30,637 bases of DNA from a virus (taxonomy: Duplodnaviria > Caudoviricetes): the IMG/VR virus record IMGVR_UViG_3300006752_005132, positions 1 to 30,637 of that record, one strand, 5' to 3'. The stretch's first letter is position 1. Every line of letters begins with the position of its first letter. Position numbers and translations under genes: made by a program. Below, piece by piece: positions 25,801-30,637 of this stretch. The notes under the pieces are model-generated. The model did no database searches. It had not been told where the DNA came from and worked only from the letters and a program-made list of their open reading frames with translations.

Positions 25801-28800
25801 TGCTCTACCATTGTTAAGCAACCATGCTCCAATACCATCACTAATAACTTGTGTAAAGTCGTTACTAACAATTGAATCGTTACCGCCATCATGTAGTGCG
25901 CCGTCAATTTTTTGTCCTACAGCTGCATAACCAAATGTTGTACAGTTTTGTACATATGGCGAACGTGCTGTAATCCATACACGCTCATCTTTTGGTCCCC
26001 AACCTGGGTCAAGTGATGCATATGCACCGCCTGTTGGTCTACTTGTACCGTAAGCGTTTGCTGGGCCTAGGTCGCCTTGTAGTCCATCCATTGTTTGTAA
26101 TCTTAAACCAGTACCATTACGTAAGTAATAGAAATCTTCTTCTTGTGATCCAAGAACACTATTTGCATAATATCTTGCACCTAACGCTGCTCTGTACCAA
26201 CCTGTGTAGTCAACTGCTAATACATTTGTATCATATGACACCAACGGAGCGTTATATCTTTTAGCCCAGTTACGTGAATATGCAGCGTCCCATTTCATTC
26301 CGTATACATATTCTCTAACATCTCTTGCACACAATGTTCTGTTATAAACATATGAACTTTTAACTTCAAACATTGCACTATATGTGTTATCAATATATTT
26401 TACAGTTTTAATAACAATGTCATCTGCATTACGTTTAATTTGTATTTGAGCCGCTTTTAAGTCTGCTGTTGCACCGTTTACATCTGGATATGTTGCTGTT
26501 GGCAAGCCGTCTAAGTCGCCGTCTGTAATTACATCTTCAATAATTTGTAGTAGTGTTTGAGAAAGTGTACCTTCTGTTGCACTAGCTGCTGTTCCTGATG
26601 TATCTTGGTTAGCTGCGTTACCTGATGATTTTGTTACGGCTACTTCTCTAATAACTTCGTCAGTTACTTCAGAAAGTCTGTCGTATGCCGCTGCTGTTGC
26701 TGCGCCTTCTCCTGCGCCACCTTGGTATACACCATCAACGTAGTAGCTTCTTGCTGCTTGATGACTTGCGCTTGTTCCGCCATACATAATGTCATAACGC
26801 AATGCGTCAATTACATACCCAACATCTCTTTCACATTTTGCTACATCGTAACTTAGTGAAGGATAGTTAACAGCAATCCATGCTGTAATTTCTGCAATCA
26901 TAAATGCTCTGTTAGCACCTAGTTGTGCTACAGCATTAGTTGTGTTTGCTGTTGCTCCTGCTGGTGCTGGATATGTAATTGCATCTGCATTTCCAACGCC
27001 ATTGTTTAAAACATCAACAATTTCTGCAAAGAATGCATTTGATCTTGATAGGCCTGTTGTACTTGTTCTTACTTTATAAAGTTCTGCAACTTTAGCTTTT
27101 GTAAAGTTAATACCTGCTGTTGTTTGAGCTAATTGTGCTCCGTTTGCTACACTAGCACTTGCTCTTTGATAAGCAAGACCTTGTGTTACAGCATTGTAGT
27201 TAGTTCCTAATGTAATATCATAACCTACAGCATCTAAGAAATACCCAGTGTCTCTACGACATTTGGCTTTGTTATATTGGAAAGATGATTCAGTTGGATC
27301 AAAAGCAAAAGCACTTCCATTAACTGTATCACTTGCAATAAAAGTTGTATCACTTTCGATGGATTTTACATAATATGTTGTATCTGTATCAGCGCCGGCT
27401 TCTGTTACAGCGTTTGTACTATCATCGTAGTTAACTAGTTTAAGCCCCATTCCTGGAGATAACCAACTTGTATCTGCAACTGTGACTGTACCATTTGCTT
27501 CAACTTTTGAAACAGCTGCTTTATAACATTGATCTGCTTCATTTAGTGCTTCTTGTACAATCCATTCTTTGTTAGTTTCTAATTGATATTGTGCATTATA
27601 AATCTCTGGATCTACAACTTGTTTATTTGCACCTTCATAGCTTGCTGTCCAAATAGTGTCGTTAACCCATTCAAATGTTTCTTCAAGTTGTACACTTGTT
27701 TCACACTGTTCACTTGATAATACTGCCTGCATTTCTCTCATAGCAAACATATTAGCTGCAATAGTTGCATCTTTCTGATCTGCAATTACTTTTGTTCTTG
27801 CAGGTTTTCTACGATATGAGAATGCTGTAATAATACTTGCAATATTTGTTCCAAGTAATGCATCATATTTTGCGGCATCAAAAATTAATCCTAAGTCTCT
27901 TGTACACTTAGCATGATCAAATTTGAAATCACTATATGTGTCAGTTACAAACTGTAGTGTAGTTTTAATATGTCCGTCTCTATTTGAATCAAACAATGCA
28001 TAGTCAGTAGCTGTTTGACCAGTTTCTGTACTTGTTACTTCAGTAATTGCTGAAATTCCGTTTGGATTATCAGCTGTAATAGCATTAGTAACCTCAGCAA
28101 TAAATGATACAATTAATGCTTCCTCAGTTGCTGATGCAGGGTTACCATTTGTACTTTGTGTTTGTGTGTTACCAGTTTGTTTTGTAATTGAAACTTCAGT
28201 AATAACATCTTGTGCAACACTTGATAAGTGTCCGTATGCTGCAATAGTTTCCGTTGCTTCACCTGGAATAACACTTGCACCGTTTAAGTTAAAGTATGAT
28301 TTAGCAATACGTACTTGGGCAATATTTCCGCCGTACATAATATCATGACATAATCCGTCTACAATAAATGCTACATCTCTTTCGCAACGTGCTCTGTCAT
28401 ATACAAATGATCCTGGAGGATTATTATATGTATTTTCGACATAGTTAACTACATCGTCAATTATAAACTGTCTATTAGATACTAATAAGTTTTTAGCTTT
28501 AATAGCATCTGCTGTTGAATTATAACTTGGAAAAGTTAATGCATCTTCAGCGGTAGTGCTATTTTGTAAAATATCAATTACTTCGTTATAAAATGCTGTT
28601 GTTCGTGTTGTATAAGTTGCATCGGTTAAATCAGCTAATTGTAAATCACGGAACTTTCTAATTGCGCCAACAGTTTGGCTTTTTTGTGCACCTTGTAAAT
28701 ATTCAGATGTTTCTCTTCTGTAAGCTCTACCTGCTTGTATAGCTAGATAGTTTGATCCAGTAAGTGTATCATTCTGTGCGCCTTCAGAAAGTATTTCTAA

Positions 28801-29892
28801 GTCACGTCTACAAATGCCACTGTCATATTTGAAGCTACCAAAGTTTTTATTGATAAAGTCAATTGTATATTCACCAACTTGGTCTTTTGCTGCGTCAATT
28901 GCTGTTGTATCAGCAAAAGTTAAAGCATTTGCTCCTGCAACACTCGGATATACTTCTGTAACTGTTCCTACACCACTGTCAATTGTATCTGTAATGTCAT
29001 CGAACAAGTTACCAATTGTAGTTGATTCACTTGCTGTACCACCAGTACCTGCAATTTGTGCTACCTCTGTTTGTAGTACAGGTGTTACTGTAATGTTACG
29101 CTGTACAGTTTGTACTAGCTGTTTCATGAAACCGTATGCAGCAATAGTTGCCGCTTTTTCAGTCGCTGCAATTTCTAGTACAGCGCCTGTGTAATATGCT
29201 TCACCTGCAACAACTGATTGCCAGTTACCACCGTATGTTAAGTCATAAGCAATAGCATCTAAAATAAATCCAATATCTTGTTTACATTTTGTACGACTGT
29301 ATTTTAAGTTTGGATAGTTTTCAGTAATATATGCTGTAGTTTCTGTTTTAATAAATTCTCTGTTTAGTAAAAACAAGTCACGTCCGCGGCCTGCATTTGC
29401 ATTTGTCATTTCCCATGGCTTAGGAAATTGTGCATAAAGTTTTTCGCCTAATTGTGCATCAATGTTTCTACGTATACCACGTACTTGACGTGTTATGCCT
29501 TCCCAGGCTTGAGGTGTTTCTGCGTAAGGATATGCTGTTGTTTGTGTTAAAGTATTTCCTGTAGTTGGGGTCATTGTAAGACCTGATGCTACGTTACCAA
29601 CAACTTGCTCAATTCTTTCTAAGGCTTTACTTGTATATTTATAATCACTCTTAGGAGTTAATGTTGAGTTTGTAGATTTTCTTGGTTGTACATTAACTGA
29701 ACGAAGTTCGTCTCCCATTATACAGCATTCTGCTGGAATAATAATTGGTAGTACTTCTCTATATTGCCCAGTTGTTACTTTAATTAATGTTTTCCGTATG
29801 CTTCTTGCCGGAATGTTTGTTGCATTACCTGCGGTAATTGCATCTGTAATTATTTTTCCTAAACTGGAAATAGTTGCAAAATTAGTAGCCAT
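22870..29892 (-). CDS. Giant (2340 aa) virion tail/baseplate-associated protein: helical C-x-R-D repeats inserted in a beta-helix, Asp-box propeller and conserved C-terminal domain
   Basis: Long uninterrupted ORF with a GGAGGA SD. Contains IKVTTGQYRE.LPI.IP...IMGDELRSV, SPYVQNCTTFG...DFTQVISDGIG...ELVSVFTYY, S.DG..W repeats and SQVRLTGHDFLDIGTG...TDQDGNFRVG. Confidence 0.85.
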   Translation of the reverse strand: MATNFATISSLGKIITDAITAGNATNIPARSIRKTLIKVTTGQYREVLPIIIPAECCIMGDELRSVNVQPRKSTNSTLTPKSDYKYTSKALERIEQVVGNVASGLTMTPTTGNTLTQTTAYPYAETPQAWEGITRQVRGIRRNIDAQLGEKLYAQFPKPWEMTNANAGRGRDLFLLNREFIKTETTAYITENYPNLKYSRTKCKQDIGFILDAIAYDLTYGGNWQSVVAGEAYYTGAVLEIAATEKAATIAAYGFMKQLVQTVQRNITVTPVLQTEVAQIAGTGGTASESTTIGNLFDDITDTIDSGVGTVTEVYPSVAGANALTFADTTAIDAAKDQVGEYTIDFINKNFGSFKYDSGICRRDLEILSEGAQNDTLTGSNYLAIQAGRAYRRETSEYLQGAQKSQTVGAIRKFRDLQLADLTDATYTTRTTAFYNEVIDILQNSTTAEDALTFPSYNSTADAIKAKNLLVSNRQFIIDDVVNYVENTYNNPPGSFVYDRARCERDVAFIVDGLCHDIMYGGNIAQVRIAKSYFNLNGASVIPGEATETIAAYGHLSSVAQDVITEVSITKQTGNTQTQSTNGNPASATEEALIVSFIAEVTNAITADNPNGISAITEVTSTETGQTATDYALFDSNRDGHIKTTLQFVTDTYSDFKFDHAKCTRDLGLIFDAAKYDALLGTNIASIITAFSYRRKPARTKVIADQKDATIAANMFAMREMQAVLSSEQCETSVQLEETFEWVNDTIWTASYEGANKQVVDPEIYNAQYQLETNKEWIVQEALNEADQCYKAAVSKVEANGTVTVADTSWLSPGMGLKLVNYDDSTNAVTEAGADTDTTYYVKSIESDTTFIASDTVNGSAFAFDPTESSFQYNKAKCRRDTGYFLDAVGYDITLGTNYNAVTQGLAYQRASASVANGAQLAQTTAGINFTKAKVAELYKVRTSTTGLSRSNAFFAEIVDVLNNGVGNADAITYPAPAGATANTTNAVAQLGANRAFMIAEITAWIAVNYPSLSYDVAKCERDVGYVIDALRYDIMYGGTSASHQAARSYYVDGVYQGGAGEGAATAAAYDRLSEVTDEVIREVAVTKSSGNAANQDTSGTAASATEGTLSQTLLQIIEDVITDGDLDGLPTATYPDVNGATADLKAAQIQIKRNADDIVIKTVKYIDNTYSAMFEVKSSYVYNRTLCARDVREYVYGMKWDAAYSRNWAKRYNAPLVSYDTNVLAVDYTGWYRAALGARYYANSVLGSQEEDFYYLRNGTGLRLQTMDGLQGDLGPANAYGTSRPTGGAYASLDPGWGPKDERVWITARSPYVQNCTTFGYAAVGQKIDGALHDGGNDSIVSNDFTQVISDGIGAWLLNNGRAELVSVFTYYSHIGYLCETGGRARATNGNNSYGTYGSVAEGVDPDETPVTAVVDNSTQYNATISNVFTDTDSLQRLEFSHAGNDYTEATINIFGAGDDESLLADEFRDGAINRIQIGETVETPSDAGGTNYTVVSNTAQAGTLTSINLAATDGSISSAYVGMAIYVTGGAGVGNYGYITSYNSGSKLANVVDRYGVSGFSHVVPGTTIVAPNSSSTYQVEPRVTIPAPANAVATVQTIATDDFNNIEFVETANTYAGVASESNSDGSGATFNVTRNGAKYYVTVASGGKEFTRLSTVTIKGGLLGGTDVDNDIVVTITTVNASGAIVDFDFDGIGRKGYFIALADGNFYTSIDGTTAASWTAITKTGDHQNIASALLNDGSSTAKPHAAVATRVSSNVVSVSVDDALGTWADKTLSGLTAGTAMNVATGYIALGTNRFVVTSNSDQDVAYSDDGGTNWSTYSTALPGTGYDCLTYGKGLFVALDSGSTNAVTSTTGETWTAVTLPNSKTWIDVVWGNGIFVALASDTGANNMAYSIDGTNWVAASTPNATATPSGIAYGQGVFVITYSDDETVIAESFDGVKWTEVTGLTDIGEKIAFGNPHTIGATTPIGRFVSVDDTSNTAKTIYRGAPALGRAGVANQKIFEIRMTEPGSGYEGAAPTITVTDPGNIEDVVLVPKIRNGALANPTFINRGTSFITASAEVDGPTSNGGADFTQSGQFVAVRRLSATPVNGSNVEFDSLPGQFFKLVNTVSLVGLNDGSKTAFLQLSPDMSITDAPVDGNPVTMRIRFSQVRLTGHDFLDIGTGGFTTTNYPGIPTIAPDQAKETKDDNGGRVFFTATDQDGNFRVGDLFSIEQATGVATLNAEAFNIAGLQELSLGEVTLGGNSASISEFSTDPFFTANSDTVVPTQRAVKAYIEAQIGGGGATLNVNSVTAGDIFVNTNQITTVSGEQINIKANVNFTGSVLGLPMAYNYFLR
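24050..24770 (-). repeat. BNR/Asp-box-like repeats (beta-propeller)
   Basis: YTSIDGTTAASW, YSDDGGTNW, TSTTGETW, YSIDGTNW and ESFDGVKW, interleaved with YG.G.FV strands. Confidence 0.75.
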
Positions 29893-30420
29893 TAGTATCC
29901 TCCGCCCTCGGCATATCCGCCCTCTGGTGTTTCATCTGAGTAAGTGCCTCCAGAACTGCTTCCGCTTATTGTTCCATCATACACAACCGAATCCTGTGCC
30001 CCGAGTGCTGTTTCAAAATATTGTGGTACAACTCTAGTAGAGTTATCACCGTTTGTTGTTTGGTAGTTAACTGCTGGTGCAGCCTGTTGTAGTACTTTTT
30101 CAATTAGTGTTAAACCATAGTTAATACTAGCTACAGTTTCTCCTTCTTGACCTAGTGCATAAAATTGTCCTGGATCAGTTACGTATGATAATGCAACTTC
30201 TCTTGATTTTATATTTCCGCCATGTCTTAAATCATATATAAAAGCATCAATAATATAACCCATGTCTCTTTCACATTTTTTACTATCATATGTAAATGAA
30301 CTTGTAAAAGGACTTGTATTATTAGCAATCTGATAGTCAGTCCATTCAACAATTTCACGTTGTATAAAGCGTCTATTCATTTCTAATAATCTTGATGCAT
30401 CATTAGCTTTTGTGCCTCTT
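26250..30420 (-). repeat. Eight ~130-160 aa helical protein repeats with a C-x-[RQ]-D core
   Basis: Cys codons at about 30274 (KCERDMGYIIDA), 29285 (KCKQDIGFILDA), 28811 (ICRRDLEIL), 28385 (RCERDVAFIVDG), 27905 (KCTRDLGLIFDA), 27260 (KCRRDTGYFLDA), 26834 (KCERDVGYVIDA) and 26330 (LCARDVREY). Confidence 0.9.
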
Positions 30421-30635
30421 TCAACTTGTTGCGCTGCATATCTAATACTTTTGTAAGGCCTATCAATATTTTTTCCGTAAAGCGGAGCAGGTGCATCAGT
30501 GCCATGTTCTGCAACATAGTATACATCTACTGATTGTCCTAAGAATTCCCAGTTTGGTACACCATTTGAATTTACTGTAAGTATTTGTCCATCTTGACCA
30601 ATTGGTAATCTAACTGGAGTTGCGCCACTGTAATA
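29892..30635 (-). CDS. 3' part of a large virion protein that runs off the window; N-terminal partner of the split giant protein
   Basis: The frame of track ORF 29892-30380 stays open to the window end: YYSGATPVRLPIGQDGQILTV...VYYVAEHGTD...GKNIDRPYKSIRYAA...ASRLLEMNRRFIQRE. The listed ATG at 30380 is therefore internal. Confidence 0.88.
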   Translation of the reverse strand, partial: YYSGATPVRLPIGQDGQILTVNSNGVPNWEFLGQSVDVYYVAEHGTDAPAPLYGKNIDRPYKSIRYAAQQVERGTKANDASRLLEMNRRFIQREIVEWTDYQIANNTSPFTSSFTYDSKKCERDMGYIIDAFIYDLRHGGNIKSREVALSYVTDPGQFYALGQEGETVASINYGLTLIEKVLQQAAPAVNYQTTNGDNSTRVVPQYFETALGAQDSVVYDGTISGSSSGGTYSDETPEGGYAEGGGY

Positions 30636-30637
30636 AA

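Noticed and set aside
29881-29900. Imperfect 10-bp tandem repeat (GGATACTAAT/GGCTACTAAT on the minus strand) at the split junction as a phase-variation switch
   Set aside because: Deleting one unit still leaves TAC-TAA in the upstream frame, so it would not fuse the ORFs.
5602-30037. Many short plus-strand ORFs (e.g. 5602, 6255, 11521, 14801, 19601, 22979, 23489, 28814) and off-frame minus-strand ORFs (11714, 18248, 20389, 21455, 25656)
   Set aside because: They lie essentially within well-supported genes on the opposite strand or in another frame, and have no recognisable motifs; they are shadow ORFs.
1-30637. Alternative genetic code or stop-codon reassignment, as in some jumbo phages
   Set aside because: Coding density is near complete under the standard code, and TAA, TAG and TGA all end full-length recognisable genes.

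Overview
Segment of a large, AT-rich, T4-like/jumbo myovirus genome, probably an aquatic phage; the host cannot be assigned from this window. No rRNA, tRNA, CRISPR, integrase or transposase was seen. Plus strand (1-3851): the end of an ER/K-rich helical protein, a putative head-internal protein with an annexin-like repeat, a gp15-like tail terminator, a NUDIX hydrolase, a degenerate cupin and a small ORF. The minus strand (3844-30637) is one tightly packed block, in transcription order: (1) a giant virion protein that appears naturally split into two translationally coupled genes and carries 8 helical repeats with a phycobiliprotein-like C-x-R-D motif, a beta-helix and Asp-box repeats; (2) small tail proteins, three paralogous Gly/Cys-rich fibre-like proteins (27-33 Cys each) and a tail-fibre assembly chaperone, closed by a terminator; (3) a 13-gene sugar/modification operon with a GT9 heptosyltransferase-like enzyme, a NodU/CmcH carbamoyltransferase, HldE, HldD, GmhB, a cupin, an SGNH-like protein and six 2OG-Fe(II) oxygenases; (4) more fibre proteins with cupredoxin-like C-x2-H-x2-M domains and a subtilase. 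The best candidates for an undescribed system are a phage-encoded ADP-heptose glycosylation/carbamoylation pathway acting on the adjacent Cys-rich fibres, and the phycobiliprotein-like repeat array in the split giant virion protein. All family calls come from motif recognition by eye; no database search was run.
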